A program made the translations under genes and the position numbers. The notes below the pieces were generated by a model. The model made no database searches and was not told the DNA's origin. It was given only the letters and a program-made list of their open reading frames with translations. Positions 20,621 to 31,871 of a stretch of 64,000 nucleotides of DNA are shown here, one piece after another. Positions within the stretch are counted from its first letter, which is position 1; every line of letters starts with the position of its first letter. Location: NCBI GenBank assembly GCA_963796275.1, contig CAWCKY010000007.1:768001-832000 (forward strand), given 5' to 3'. The DNA is from an uncultured Acidobacteriota bacterium (GTDB lineage Bacteria; Acidobacteriota; Blastocatellia; RBC074).

Positions 20621-21452
20621 ATGGCGATTTCCATCTTCGATCGTGCACAAGTCTCTGCCCGTTACATTCGCGAACAGATCGCATCGGATGTCGATGTTGC
20701 GGTCGTGCTCGGTTCGGGTTTGGGGGCGTTTGCTGAAACGCTGGAGAACCGGGTAATCATTCCATACGAAGAGATACCCGATTTTGTGCGATCGACTGTT
20801 GAAGGACATTCAGGGCGACTCGTCGTGGGTATCTTGCCATCATCGATGATCAACGTCGCCGTAATGCAGGGGCGCTTTCATTATTATGAGGGTTATTCTC
20901 TGGAAGAAGTGACATTGCCCATCCGCGCATTCGGGGCGATGGGAGTGAAGAAGCTTATACTGACCAACGCTGCTGGAAGCATAAATCAAAACTTCAATTC
21001 CGGTGAATTCATGCTGATCAGCGATCATATCAACCTGATGATGGTCAGCCCGCTGCGCGGCCGGCATGATAACCGTCTGGGCGAGCGCTTTCCGGATATG
21101 ACTCAGGTCTATTCGCGCGCCTACCGCCAGATCGCGCAGGAAGTCGCTTCTGAATTGGGGATGCAACTTCACGCCGGCGTTTACATGGCTCTGCAGGGGC
21201 CGAATTACGAGACCCCCGCTGAGATACTTGATGATGCGTATGCTCGGCGCCGATGCTGTCGGAATGTCGACAGTCCCCGAAGCCATCGTCGCCAGGCAGG
21301 TGGACATGGACGTGCTCGGCATTTCGCTCATCACTAATGCGGCCGCCGGAATATTGAGTGGACCGATAAGTCACGAGGAAGTCATGCAGATGGGTCAGCG
21401 AGTGAGCAGGGAATTTTGTGAATTATTGACCCGAATTATCGCGAGACTGTGA
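20621..21452 (+). CDS. punA: Purine nucleoside phosphorylase (trimeric PNP I), interrupted by a +1 frameshift near 21227-21229
   Basis: [30 protein letters not shown] in one frame, continuing as [13 protein letters not shown]...SLITN in the next frame. Confidence 0.9.
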
Positions 21453-21570
21453 CCTATCTGCTGTTGTACGTTAAACTTGGTTGATGAATGGCGGCATCGA
21501 CTGAATCACTGAACCCGAGTATAATGAGCCGACACCAAACATTTGAGCTGCCGGCAATGGCTAGAAGAAG

Positions 21571-21972
21571 TTGAAATCCGGAAGTAACGAAGAACTTATC
21601 CCTCTAACACTCCAGGCGCGTGAGCACGCGTATGCCCCTTATTCGGGTTTTAAGGTTGGCGCTCTCCTCGAGAGCCAGGATGGACGAGTCTTCACCGGCT
21701 GCAATATTGAAAATTCCAGTTATGGATTATCTATCTGCGCCGAACGCGTTGCGCTCGGTAAAGCGGTATCGGAAGGCGTCCGCAGCTTTACACGATTAGC
21801 CGTTATCGCAGATTCACATTCGCCCATTCCCCCCTGCGGGGCGTGCCGTCAGACGATACTTGAAATATGCGGTGAAGACCTACTGGTCATCATGGCGAAT
21901 TTGCAGGGAACGATAGTGACGCGAACGATTAAAGAGTTGTTGCCGGCGCCTTTCGATCAAAGTTATTTATAA
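21571..21972 (+). CDS. cdd: Cytidine deaminase (homotetrameric type)
   Basis: YAPYSGFKVGA, GCNIENSSYG.SICAER, PCGACRQ. Confidence 0.96.
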   Translation: MKSGSNEELIPLTLQAREHAYAPYSGFKVGALLESQDGRVFTGCNIENSSYGLSICAERVALGKAVSEGVRSFTRLAVIADSHSPIPPCGACRQTILEICGEDLLVIMANLQGTIVTRTIKELLPAPFDQSYL

Positions 21973-21991
21973 TCTTGATCTGCGTCGATGT

Positions 21992-22869
21992 ATGTATCCC
22001 CGCGTCATCACAGTAATTATTGGTTTGTTGCTCGGATACTCCCCACAGAGACCGGCATTTGAGTATCAGGCGATCTCTCGCGTAAAACAGTTGTTTGTCT
22101 CACAACTTGAATCGAGTTTGCCGGAACGTCCTTTTTCTTCCTGGCTCCAACAAGTTGTCGGACCGCGTGCCGGGTTGTCATATCAGTTGACCGATTGTGG
22201 CGAGATCCCCGCCTCATCCGGATCGGGCGTTGTAATCCAAGCTTGCGTTGAAACCGCGGCTATACTCCCTGATAAACGCAAAGTCGTTGTTGTGATTTGG
22301 GTCGGTGATTTCAAGAGAGGTCTTGTCGGAAAACCTAAGCTACGATTTGTTATTGTCGATAACGAAGATGAAATATTCGAGGCTCGCCGCTTGAGCGATC
22401 TGCCTCGGGTTCTGCGGATGCCGCTTACCAGATCGCCTATGAAAAAACCGAAGAAGCTCACCCCGTCACCTATCGTATTACCTGTGGTAGGCTATAAATA
22501 TTTCGCTCCGACAGTCCAACCGATTCCGAGCCGCGCGACATACATGAAATCTCGTGTAATCTCAGTTTTATCGCGAGAGGGTATGCCGCTGAAGGTTTCT
22601 GATGGCTTATTAGCAGGGAAGGTTATCCAAAAAAGTGATCCCCAGCTATTCACCGCTTGCCCAACAGTTCAGGTCTCGGGAGAAGTAAAGGTCGATATTA
22701 CGGTAGACGTGGCCGGGCGGGTGATTGCGGCGAAGGCCGTGAGCAGCCCACATCCGCAGTAATTGGCGGTTGAAGAAGCCGGATGAAATGGATATCCAAT
22801 CCCACGCTGCTCAATAAGATGCCTGTGAGTGTACGTGGAGTACTGACTGTTATATTTACGCAACCATAA
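21992..22869 (+). pseudogene. TonB C-terminal-domain protein with several indels in the last ~250 bp (probably sequence error)
   Basis: KVSDGLLAGKVIQK, then out-of-frame VIPSYSPLAQQ, back in frame QVSGEVKVDITVD..GRVIAAKAVS, then out-of-frame PTLLNKMPVSVRGVLTVIF ending at TAA 22869. Confidence 0.7.
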
Positions 22870-22870
22870 A

Positions 22871-24282
22871 ATGCCCACCGTATTACGTTTTCTCAGTTGC
22901 CTTCTTATTGCGGCTCTTTCGTCCGCTCAGCGGAGTCCAAACCCGAACGACAATACTGTCGACATTTTGATCAACGGCGGTGCGGTTGTGACGATGGATG
23001 GCGAGCGCCGTACTTACGAGAACGGTTTCGTCGCAATTCGGGGCGAGCGTATTGTCGATATTGGCGATGCCACAGCGCTGAAAGCGAAAAGTTACCGGGC
23101 GAAACAGACGATCGATGCGCGCGGCAAAGCCATCCTACCCGGGTTGATCAATACTCACACGCACATCCCGATGACGCTCTTTCGCGGCATAGCCGATGAC
23201 GTGTATCTGCAGGAGTGGCTGACGAAGTATATTTTTCCCGCGGAGGCCAAAAATGTCACGCGCGAATTTGTCGTGGCCGGCACCCGACTGGGCCTGGTCG
23301 AGATGATCAGGGGAGGAACGACTACCTATGCCGATATGTATTATTTCGAAGACGCTGTCGCTGAAGAGAGCAAGAAGGCGGGTCTTCGCGGGATACTCGG
23401 TGAGACGGTGATCGATTTTCCCGCTCCGGACAATAAGACGTGGGAGGCCGGGCTCGCATCGACCCGCGATTACATCAAGAAATGGAAGGGTGACACGCTC
23501 ATCACTCCGGCCATTGCGCCTCACGCTCCTTATACAGTCAGCACCCAGCATCTGATTGAAGCTCGCTCACTGGCCGACACGTTCGACGTGCCCCTGTTAA
23601 TCCATGTGGCGGAGGCGCCGACCGAGACGGATTATATGGCCAAAACTTACCAGTCGCGGACGATTCCCTACCTGGAGAAGATCGGATTTCTCTCGCCGCG
23701 CGTGCTCGCAGCACATTCCGTCCACGTCAATGAAGATGAAATTGCGACCCTCAAGCAGCGGGATGTCGGAGTCGCCCATTGCCCGCAATCCAATATGAAA
23801 CTAAGTTCCGGAACGGCGCCGATACCGGAGATGCTCAAAGCGGGCATCCGCCTCGGTCTGGGGACAGACGCCGCCGCCTCGAATAATGATCTGAATATGT
23901 GGGAGGAGATAGACACGGCTGCCAAACTTCATAAGCTGATTGCCAATGATCCGACTGTCGTCTCGGCATCGCAGGCTTTTGAGATGGCGACCTTGGCGGC
24001 GCGCGCGCCCTCCATATGGAGAAAGAGATTGGATCGCTGGAGCCGGGAAAACGCGCAGACGTGATCGTCATCGATCTGGATGCGCCGCATTTGACGCCGA
24101 TGTATAATCTCTATACTCATCTCGTTTATTCGACCAAGTCGTCCGATGTGACCGATACGATTGTCAATGGGCGGGTGTTGATGCGAAATCGGAGGCTTTT
24201 GTCGCTCGACGAAACTGCGATAAAAACAACCGCTCGACAATATCGAGTTCGTGTGAGTCGAAGTCTGAAAGCGGAAAAATAA
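22871..24282 (+). CDS. mtaD: MtaD/TrzA-like amidohydrolase (MTA/SAH-type nucleoside deaminase) with signal peptide; -1 frameshift near 23995
   Basis: NTHTH, APHAPY, IHVAE, AHSVH, HCPQSNMKL, LGTD. MATL(G)GARAL is broken by a missing G; IGSLEPGKRADV follows in another frame. Confidence 0.8.
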
Positions 24283-25355
24283 TGAGAATTGTGTTTGTAA
24301 TATTATTCGCGGTTGGCCTCGCGTCTCCTCACCTGGAACGGCTGCAAGTTCAGACGCCGCGCTCTGAAACAAGCGTCACGGATTCCATCAGTGATGGGAT
24401 ATCGTTATATCGTTCCCGGAAATTCAAACAGGCTCTGGAGAAATTTGAGTTAGCCCTCAAACAGGATCCGAAGAATGACGAAGCTCTCCTATATGCGGCG
24501 ATCACGGCCTTCAGAATCGGCAGTCAGGTTCAATCGCGCGGGTATTTTCTACGGCGCGCCGAGCTGCCCGGCCAGAAAGATACAGTTAAGGCTTTCTGCT
24601 TTTATCGTGTGGCGTTGACGTATTGGCGCGAGGCTCACGACATGGTCGCGAGGCACGGCGATATCACCGGTGAAAAGTTGGTCTACAATCTCCCGGAGAG
24701 GGATGCGGCAGAGGCGGAGCGTAGTATCACGAATGGTCTTGAATTCGTCGATCGTGCGATCGCGATCACCAAGGATTTCGGTGCCGCATATAACATCAAA
24801 AACCTGCTGCATTCGGAAGCTGCGCTGGCGACCAAAGATCAAAAGCTGGCAACTGATCATCGGAACCAGTCGATAATGGCTTTGCGTTTGGCCGTTGAAA
24901 AAACGGATAAAGCCGCGGCAGCCAGATCCGGCGATGCGGTGGACTTCAATCAGCCCACGGTTAGGATCGCTGAGATAGCTGCGACGATCGAGGATGAAAG
25001 AAAAATCGATGACCCGACGATGAAGATGATCGTAGGCGGCAAACCCAGTAGACGCGTGAAGGCCAATTTCCCGAGCGTCCGGCCAGAGGCGAAAGAAACG
25101 GCGTCAACCGATGGCGCCGCTGCGACAAATGCGCCGGATCAGCCGGTCGCTTCCGAGCGTGACGTCATTAAAGTAGAGGTGCTGGTTTCAACTACCGGCA
25201 GCGTCCTCTTCACGCGAGTCATCGAGGGGCAATCGGGCCTCAACGATGCAGCGATTCTAGCGGCGCGTGGATGGAAATTCGATCCTGCAAAATTTAACGG
25301 CAAACCTGTGCAGTTGAGCAGCGTGATTACCTTTGAGATTAAGGCGAAGAAATAG
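24282..25355 (+). CDS. Exported TPR + TonB C-terminal domain protein
   Basis: Signal peptide, TPR-like helices, C-terminal VLVSTTGSV...AARGWKFDPAKFNGKPV. Confidence 0.8.
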   Translation: MRIVFVILFAVGLASPHLERLQVQTPRSETSVTDSISDGISLYRSRKFKQALEKFELALKQDPKNDEALLYAAITAFRIGSQVQSRGYFLRRAELPGQKDTVKAFCFYRVALTYWREAHDMVARHGDITGEKLVYNLPERDAAEAERSITNGLEFVDRAIAITKDFGAAYNIKNLLHSEAALATKDQKLATDHRNQSIMALRLAVEKTDKAAAARSGDAVDFNQPTVRIAEIAATIEDERKIDDPTMKMIVGGKPSRRVKANFPSVRPEAKETASTDGAAATNAPDQPVASERDVIKVEVLVSTTGSVLFTRVIEGQSGLNDAAILAARGWKFDPAKFNGKPVQLSSVITFEIKAKK

Positions 25356-25451
25356 TTTTCAGTTTTCAGGTTTTTTTTAGGTTTCAGAATTCGGTTTTTG
25401 GTCCGAAGTAAATTGCTCAAGAAAACTGAAAACTGAAAAACTGAAAACTGA
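25354..25451. repeat. Heptamer-arm hairpin (AGTTTTC/GAAAACT family) between convergent genes
   Basis: agttttc agttttc aggtttt...aggtttc ... gaaaact gaaaact gaaaaact gaaaact ga; same unit as 2445-2593. Confidence 0.85.
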
Positions 25452-25456
25452 TCTGC

Positions 25457-26011
25457 CTATCCTCTAACTACACCGATGTAAGGCAGGTTGCGATATCGCT
25501 CACCGAAATCGAGGCCGTAACCGACGACGAATTTGTCGGGGATCTCGAAACCCACATAATCGGGTGTTACATCGACCTTGCGCCGCTCGGGTTTGTTGAG
25601 TAATGCTACGATTTTGATCGATGTTGCCCCGCGCGCCCGAAAATTTTGGGCCAGATAGCTGAGAGTGAGGCCGGTGTCGAGGATGTCTTCAACCAGGATG
25701 ATGTCACGCCCTTCGAGCGGCTCGTCCAGGTCTTTGAGGATCTTGACCTCACCCGTGGAATTTGCCCCCTTGCCGTAGCTCGACACCGCGATAAAATCTA
25801 TCGTCAGGTTGAGGTCTATCGCGCGCATCAGGTCGCTCATGAAAACTATCGCTCCCTTGAGCACGCAGATCAATTCGGGACGGCGCCCCGCATAGTCACG
25901 CGTAATTTCCGCGCCTATCTCCCTGATTCGCTCGTGCAATTGTTCAGCGGTGATCATGACGTCGAGTTTTGGATTTTTGAATTCTGTCACCTGGTTGTCT
26001 TTCTCTGACAT
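25457..26011 (-). CDS. hpt: Hypoxanthine phosphoribosyltransferase
   Basis: VLKGA, VSSY, VEDILDTGLTL PRPP motif, FVVGYGLD...YRNLP. Confidence 0.97.
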   Translation of the reverse strand: MSEKDNQVTEFKNPKLDVMITAEQLHERIREIGAEITRDYAGRRPELICVLKGAIVFMSDLMRAIDLNLTIDFIAVSSYGKGANSTGEVKILKDLDEPLEGRDIILVEDILDTGLTLSYLAQNFRARGATSIKIVALLNKPERRKVDVTPDYVGFEIPDKFVVGYGLDFGERYRNLPYIGVVRG

Positions 26012-26082
26012 GCTGTGACCTCCTATTTTATTCCGGGACCCGACAATATATTTGTCCGGTTTTTTAGTGTCAAATATGGATT

Positions 26083-27261
26083 ATGAATTATCGATTTCCT
26101 TTAATTGAAAAACTGCCCCCTTACGTCTTCGCCGTTATAAACCAGCTGAAGATGGAGGCCAGGCGCCGCGGCGAGGACATAATCGATCTCGGCATGGGCA
26201 ACCCCGATCTGCCGACGCCGGAACCCATTGTCGAGAAGATGGTTGAAGCGGCCCATAATCCGCGCAATCATCGCTACTCGTCTTCCCGAGGCATTCCGAA
26301 CCTGCGCGCCGAGATTTCTCGCTGGTATGCGCGGCGCTACCAGGTTGAGATAGACCCCGAGACAGAAGCGATTGCGACCATGGGCGCGAAAGAAGGGTTT
26401 TCACATCTCGTGCTCGCGCTCGTTCAACCAGGTGATAAGGTTATCGTCCCGGATCCCAGCTATCCGATCCACTCCTTCGCCGCTACGATCGCCGGGTGCG
26501 AATTGATCAAACTGCCGATCGACGACAATCCCGAAGATATGATGGACGCGTTGCGCCGACTGGAATTTTCGCGTTCGCAGCAGCCCAAGCTGTTGGTGCT
26601 CTCATTTCCGCACAACCCGACGACGACGTGCGTCGGGCGCGAATTCTTTGATGAAGCGGTGGCGATTGCACGCGAGCGCGGTTATTTGATCATTCATGAC
26701 TTGGCTTACGCCGATCTCGTCTTCGACGATTACCGAGCGCCGAGCATATTGGAAGCTCCGGGCGCGAAGGATGTTGCGGTAGAAATGTTTTCGATGTCGA
26801 AGAGCTATTCGATGGCAGGATGGCGCGTGGGGTTCTGCGCCGGAAACTCCCAGGCGGTCGCGGCATTGACCAGGCTCAAAAGCTATCTCGATTATGGAAT
26901 CTTCCAGCCGATTCAGATCGCGAGCATCATCGCCTTGCGCGATTGCGATCAAGCCGTACCGGAGATCGTCGATGTCTATCGCAAACGCCGCGACGTCTTG
27001 ATCAAGGGTTTGTCATCGGCGGGATGGAACGTCCCTTCGCCGAAAGGGACGATGTTCGTCTGGGCGAAGATCCCCGAACCGTTCGCCCAAATGGGATCGC
27101 TAGAATTTGCCAAACGTATGATAACGAGCGCGGGCGTCGCGGTTTCACCAGGGATCGGATTTGGCGAGCGAGGGGATGGATATGTGCGATTCGCGCTGGT
27201 AGAGAACGAACAGCGGATTGCGCAGGCTATTCGCGGCATTAAGACATTTATCAACGACTAA
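26083..27261 (+). CDS. Class I/II PLP aminotransferase (AlaC-like)
   Basis: [39 protein letters not shown]. Confidence 0.9.
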   Translation: MNYRFPLIEKLPPYVFAVINQLKMEARRRGEDIIDLGMGNPDLPTPEPIVEKMVEAAHNPRNHRYSSSRGIPNLRAEISRWYARRYQVEIDPETEAIATMGAKEGFSHLVLALVQPGDKVIVPDPSYPIHSFAATIAGCELIKLPIDDNPEDMMDALRRLEFSRSQQPKLLVLSFPHNPTTTCVGREFFDEAVAIARERGYLIIHDLAYADLVFDDYRAPSILEAPGAKDVAVEMFSMSKSYSMAGWRVGFCAGNSQAVAALTRLKSYLDYGIFQPIQIASIIALRDCDQAVPEIVDVYRKRRDVLIKGLSSAGWNVPSPKGTMFVWAKIPEPFAQMGSLEFAKRMITSAGVAVSPGIGFGERGDGYVRFALVENEQRIAQAIRGIKTFIND

Positions 27262-27309
27262 AAGCCGCGGGGACGAGAAAAAAAACGAGAGAATTGATTA
27301 TTTGAGGTT

Positions 27310-27942
27310 TTGCCGCAATCGATGGTGGACGAATCGATCAAAGATGTAATAACGGAAGCCGATGTGCGGGCTGTGCCGGTCGGCGAACAATTGCTAATTC
27401 GCGAAGGAGCGATCATCACTCCTTCAGCTCAGGATTTGATACGCGCACGCGAGATCGAGATTCGCTATCGAGGTCCATCTGCCGGAAAGCAGCGCTCGAT
27501 CGCAATCGGCGCGGATCACGGCGGTTACGAGATGAAGGAAGCGCTCAAGCGATTGCTCGACGAATTGGGCTATCGCTACCGCGACTTTGGAACATTTTCG
27601 ACCGATGCCGTCGATTATCCGGATTACGCTCATAATGTCGCGCGCGCGGTCGCTAGCGGGGCGTGCGATCTGGGGATCGTGATTGATGGGGCGGGTATCG
27701 GTTCGTGTATGACGGCGAACAAGGTTCCCGGCGTTCGCGCCGCGATGTGCTATGACGAGGCGACGGCGCGGAACAGCCGCGAGCATAATTATGCCAACGT
27801 GCTTACTCTCGGGGGACGCATGATTTCGCCTGATAAGATGGGGGATATCGTGCAGACCTGGCTGGCGACGCCCGAAGGCGAAGAGCGTCACGGCAAACGC
27901 GTTGCAAAAATAATGGCGATCGAACGTCAATATCTGCGATGA
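27310..27942 (+). CDS. rpiB: Ribose-5-phosphate isomerase B with ~55-aa N-terminal extension
   Basis: IGADHGG, DYPD, DGAGIGS...ANKVPGVRAA, SREHN.ANVL, RH.KRV. Alternative start ATG 27322. Confidence 0.93.
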   Translation: MPQSMVDESIKDVITEADVRAVPVGEQLLIREGAIITPSAQDLIRAREIEIRYRGPSAGKQRSIAIGADHGGYEMKEALKRLLDELGYRYRDFGTFSTDAVDYPDYAHNVARAVASGACDLGIVIDGAGIGSCMTANKVPGVRAAMCYDEATARNSREHNYANVLTLGGRMISPDKMGDIVQTWLATPEGEERHGKRVAKIMAIERQYLR

Positions 27943-28037
27943 ATCGATTGCTTGTGCTGGTCAAATGAGAAGGTTATGATGCGCTTGTTATCATCTATTA
28001 TAGATACAATTTCCATTTCTTCGGAGGATAAAAAAAT

Positions 28038-28385
28038 ATGACTATGGAAGCTCTTGGCATGGTCGAAACAAAGGGCTTCGTCGGCGCAGTTGAAGCGGCT
28101 GATGCAATGGTGAAAGCTGCCAATGTGCAGCTCGTGGGCAAGGAATATATCGGCGCCGGGTATGTTACTGTCTTTGTGCGCGGGGATGTAGGCGCAGTCA
28201 AAGCGGCAACCGATGCCGGAGCGGCAGCGGCCAGACGCGTCGGAGAGCTTGTCTCAGTTCACGTCATACCACGCCCGCATATCGAGGTGGAGCGCATTGT
28301 GCCGCAAAACGGCTATCAACCCGGATCGCGGATCGAGGGCGCCGAGCAGCGGGCATTGGGCGACGGCAATAAGAGTAAGAAGTAG
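28038..28385 (+). CDS. Bacterial microcompartment hexameric shell protein (BMC-H, EutM/PduA-like) with C-terminal tail
   Basis: [39 protein letters not shown]; RBS GGAGG. Confidence 0.97.
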   Translation: MTMEALGMVETKGFVGAVEAADAMVKAANVQLVGKEYIGAGYVTVFVRGDVGAVKAATDAGAAAARRVGELVSVHVIPRPHIEVERIVPQNGYQPGSRIEGAEQRALGDGNKSKK

Positions 28386-28398
28386 GATAGCGGCCAGT

Positions 28399-28479
28399 AA
28401 TTTCCGGATTCCAGTTTCAGTTTTTGACGAAGCGAGCTGCTTCGAATTGCCAACTGGAATCTGGGAAGCTGGAAACTGA
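28399..28479. repeat. Heptamer-arm hairpin (TTTCCAG/AACTGGA family) with inner palindrome
   Basis: aatttcc ggattcc agtttc agttttt, inner cgaagc..gcttcg, right arm aactgga atctggg aagctgg aaactga. Confidence 0.7.
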
Positions 28480-28483
28480 TCAT

Positions 28484-30184
28484 ATGTCAGACAAGGACCT
28501 GCAATCAGTACAAGCTGCGCGCAATCTGGTAGAGGCCGCGCATCGAGCTTATGCGGTCGTCGCTGCTTTTGACCAAACTCGAATCGATGCAATCTGTCAG
28601 GCGATGGCGCAGGGCGCCCAGCGCGAATCGATGCGTCTGGCGCAGATCGCGCACGAGGAGACGGGCTATGGCAATGCGGCGGATAAAAATGTCAAGAACC
28701 TCTTCGCCGCTGTCGATATTCACAACTACTTCAAACGATTGCGCACTGTCGGAATCGTGCGTGAGAACGATTCAGTGGTTGAAATCGCCGCTCCGCGCGG
28801 AGTCGTTGCCGCTATCATTCCATCAACCAATCCTACATCGACGGCAATTTTCAAGGTCTTGATCGCAATAAAATCGCGCAATTCGATTGTGCTCAGCCCG
28901 CATCCGTCGGCGACGCGGTGCGTCATTGAGACAGTCAAAGTAATGCGCGATGCGGGTGTAAAGGCGGGTCTGCCCGCAGATGCAATAGGTTGTTTGGAAC
29001 TGACGACGATTGAGGGCACGGAAGCCCTGATGAAGCACAAGTTGACAGCGGTGATCCTGGCTACCGGAGGATTGGGGTTGGTGCGCGCCGCATACTCATC
29101 CGGAAAACCCGCCTTCGGCGTCGGCCCCGGTAATGTGCCGGCATTCGTCGAAAAGACTGCTGATGTACCGAAAGCAGTGCGCGATGTGCTGGCGGGTAAA
29201 TGCTTCGATTTCGGAACGATCTGCGCCTCAGAGCAATCCATCGTAGTCGATTCTTCGCTCGATAATGAAGTGCGCGCTCAATTCGCAGCCCAGGGCGCAT
29301 TCTTTCTAAATCAAGCGCAGAGCGATGCGCTGGCCAAGTTAGTCGTTACGCCGCAACGCAGTTTGAATCCGAAGATCGTCGGCAAACCTGCGACGACACT
29401 GGCCGAGTGGGCCGGCATCAGCGTTCCTCCGAACACGAGATGTCTGGTCGCCGAGGTCGGCGGAGTCGGGCGTGAGTATCCGCTCTCGATAGAAAAACTG
29501 TCTCCCATTCTCACCTATTACGTCGTCAACGGTCTGGATGAGGGCAGTCGGCTCTGCGACGAAATCCTTCATTATGGTGGGATGGGGCATACCGCGTCAG
29601 TTCATACGCGCGACCGCAATGCGGCATTGCGGTATGGAACGCTGATGCCCGCATCGCGCGTGGTAGTCAATACCCCTGCGACTCACGGCGCTATCGGGTT
29701 TTCGACTGCCTTGGCACCTTCCATGACTCTGGGTTGCGGTTCATGGGGCGGTAACGTTACTTCAGACAACATCTCTCCCTTGCATTTAATGGATATCAAA
29801 CGGGTCGCTTTTGAGACCCGACCTGTGACTTCGGCGAACCAAACAGCGGTTCAGCAATCAGTCACACCTTCCGCGACTCCCATCGAGCGAGATGTTATTA
29901 CCGCGATGGTCGACAAATTCCTGGCCGCCCGCAAACCACCGGCGGTCGTAGAAACGACTAACGCGCGAGACGCAGAAGAGAATGTCCAGCCAAAAGTTGC
30001 CATTCCATCGCCAAAACCTAAGGAAGCGATGAATAACGGATATCGGGCCGTCGATTTCGTTTGCGAGGATGATGTCAAGCGTGCTATCGAACGTGGCGAA
30101 AAGATTTATATCAGCGCCAGAACGATAATCACTCCATCCGCGCGCGACTTGGGCGATCCGCGAGAGGTCTTTGCCAAGGCTTGA
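28484..30184 (+). CDS. CoA-acylating aldehyde dehydrogenase (EutE/PduP/AdhE-N type), BMC-associated, with C-terminal extension
   Basis: [30 protein letters not shown] (catalytic Cys), [15 protein letters not shown]; adjacent to BMC-H. Confidence 0.93.
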   Translation: MSDKDLQSVQAARNLVEAAHRAYAVVAAFDQTRIDAICQAMAQGAQRESMRLAQIAHEETGYGNAADKNVKNLFAAVDIHNYFKRLRTVGIVRENDSVVEIAAPRGVVAAIIPSTNPTSTAIFKVLIAIKSRNSIVLSPHPSATRCVIETVKVMRDAGVKAGLPADAIGCLELTTIEGTEALMKHKLTAVILATGGLGLVRAAYSSGKPAFGVGPGNVPAFVEKTADVPKAVRDVLAGKCFDFGTICASEQSIVVDSSLDNEVRAQFAAQGAFFLNQAQSDALAKLVVTPQRSLNPKIVGKPATTLAEWAGISVPPNTRCLVAEVGGVGREYPLSIEKLSPILTYYVVNGLDEGSRLCDEILHYGGMGHTASVHTRDRNAALRYGTLMPASRVVVNTPATHGAIGFSTALAPSMTLGCGSWGGNVTSDNISPLHLMDIKRVAFETRPVTSANQTAVQQSVTPSATPIERDVITAMVDKFLAARKPPAVVETTNARDAEENVQPKVAIPSPKPKEAMNNGYRAVDFVCEDDVKRAIERGEKIYISARTIITPSARDLGDPREVFAKA

Positions 30185-30424
30185 TCTTGGAAATTTATCG
30201 CGCGCACCCATAATATTCCGTGGGTGCTCAGATCAGACAGATCGACGTTGAGTCAGATTTAAATATATAAATGACGCGTATTTCTCAGAATAGTAACTCG
30301 CGTCTGATAATAAATATATTTCACCTGGTGAACAAGCTGGGGGTCGACTCACTGGCTGAATCGGTACACTACGCGATTCGCATTAATATCATCGGGCAAA
30401 ACATAAGCGACGAAAAAGATTCCC

Positions 30425-31858
30425 TTACAAAACCGCACTGAGGCCTTCCTGATCCAACTGAGAAGTATCGAGCACCCCTCTCGTAACCTTGAACAGACCG
30501 GGGAATCGTGACTCCCATGGCTTGTTCGCGGCAGGCATGTATTGCCGCGCATTCGCCTCGATGCCAGAAACGCCAGGCACGTGGGCGGCTATGCCCGCCG
30601 AATGTATCAACGAAGCCCCAGGGCACGTCAGGTCCTGCACGCACAAAAACATCCGATATTTCTGGGCCGCGGCTGCCATCAGCATCGCCTGACTTTGTCC
30701 CTTGCAGGCTTTCAGCGCGACTCCCGTGTAACCCATCTCGCGCGCCAACAGCAGGCTCTCCATATCAGTTAATGATTCGTCTATCACAACGGGACGAAGC
30801 TTCGCCGCTTCGCGCATCACATTTTGTCGGTTCCCTTTGAGGTCGCGCGCTGTGGGTTGTTCCAGATAGAGGATGCGCGCAAACCCGCGAGGAGTCAGCT
30901 CATTCACCTTGCGCAGATATTCGAGCACATATTCGACGTTCGGGCAGCGTTCGTTGAAATCGACACAGTATTTCCAGTCGATTTTCGGCCTCGTCTCCGA
31001 CGCGACCCGGTCGATGTTCACCGTGCGTTCGATGTCCCATTGCAGGTCTTCCCCCTGCAACTTGATCTTGATATGCGTGAGGCCGCTGAAGTTGATCCAT
31101 TGGGCCAGCGTCTCCGGGAGCCCGTCGCCGATACGTTGACTCAGCTCGGAAGGTAAGACCGCATCGGCGCCGCCAACCGAGTGGAACATCGCAATCACCG
31201 GTTTCGCCCCGGTCAATATATATCGACTGAGATATTCGCCTTTGAATGATTGATCGAGGTAATACGACAGGTCGCGGCTCATTAAATCCTTACCGTACGT
31301 CTGATAACAATTCCGCTTATGAACTTTGCCGAACGCGTCGTGGATAGCGGCGTCGAAGGGGCTGGCGGTGACGAGGGCACATAGTTTTGGAATAGGGGAA
31401 GGGAGTTTCAATTCATGCGAGATATCTTGCGCGGCTTTCAGAATATCGGGTTCAACCGCCAGGTTTATATCGATCGGGTGGCCGTATTCTTGGTAATTCG
31501 CCGTTATTTTCGCGATGCGTTCCGCCAACCTTTTCATCGCATTCAAGGTGGTGTCATAGGACATCTCTCGCGACGGGAACGACCAAACATTACCCATGGG
31601 CATCGAACCGAAACCTTTAGCGGTCTTACCATCGGGTCTACGCACGACCACCTTCACATTTAAGATGGTCGCGCGATCGACGGGCACTCCGCCAAATTTG
31701 TATGGCGCACGATAGAGAAACTCCTCATAGTCGAAGGAGACATCCTCGATACGGATTCCGGTTTGATTGGTCGACTTGAGAAAGGCGATTTCCGTCAATC
31801 CGAGCGAAGCCATCGCCGAGCCTCTCAGGAAATTGCGACGTGATTGGGTCTTCATCAT
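30425..31858 (-). CDS. Enolase-superfamily (mandelate racemase/MLE-like) enzyme with Tat signal
   Basis: SRRNFL twin-arginine motif; KIKL, VDFNE, LEQP, IDES, LKACKG metal/catalytic pattern. Confidence 0.8.
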   Translation of the reverse strand: MMKTQSRRNFLRGSAMASLGLTEIAFLKSTNQTGIRIEDVSFDYEEFLYRAPYKFGGVPVDRATILNVKVVVRRPDGKTAKGFGSMPMGNVWSFPSREMSYDTTLNAMKRLAERIAKITANYQEYGHPIDINLAVEPDILKAAQDISHELKLPSPIPKLCALVTASPFDAAIHDAFGKVHKRNCYQTYGKDLMSRDLSYYLDQSFKGEYLSRYILTGAKPVIAMFHSVGGADAVLPSELSQRIGDGLPETLAQWINFSGLTHIKIKLQGEDLQWDIERTVNIDRVASETRPKIDWKYCVDFNERCPNVEYVLEYLRKVNELTPRGFARILYLEQPTARDLKGNRQNVMREAAKLRPVVIDESLTDMESLLLAREMGYTGVALKACKGQSQAMLMAAAAQKYRMFLCVQDLTCPGASLIHSAGIAAHVPGVSGIEANARQYMPAANKPWESRFPGLFKVTRGVLDTSQLDQEGLSAVL

Positions 31859-31871
31859 TTTACTTTGCCGA

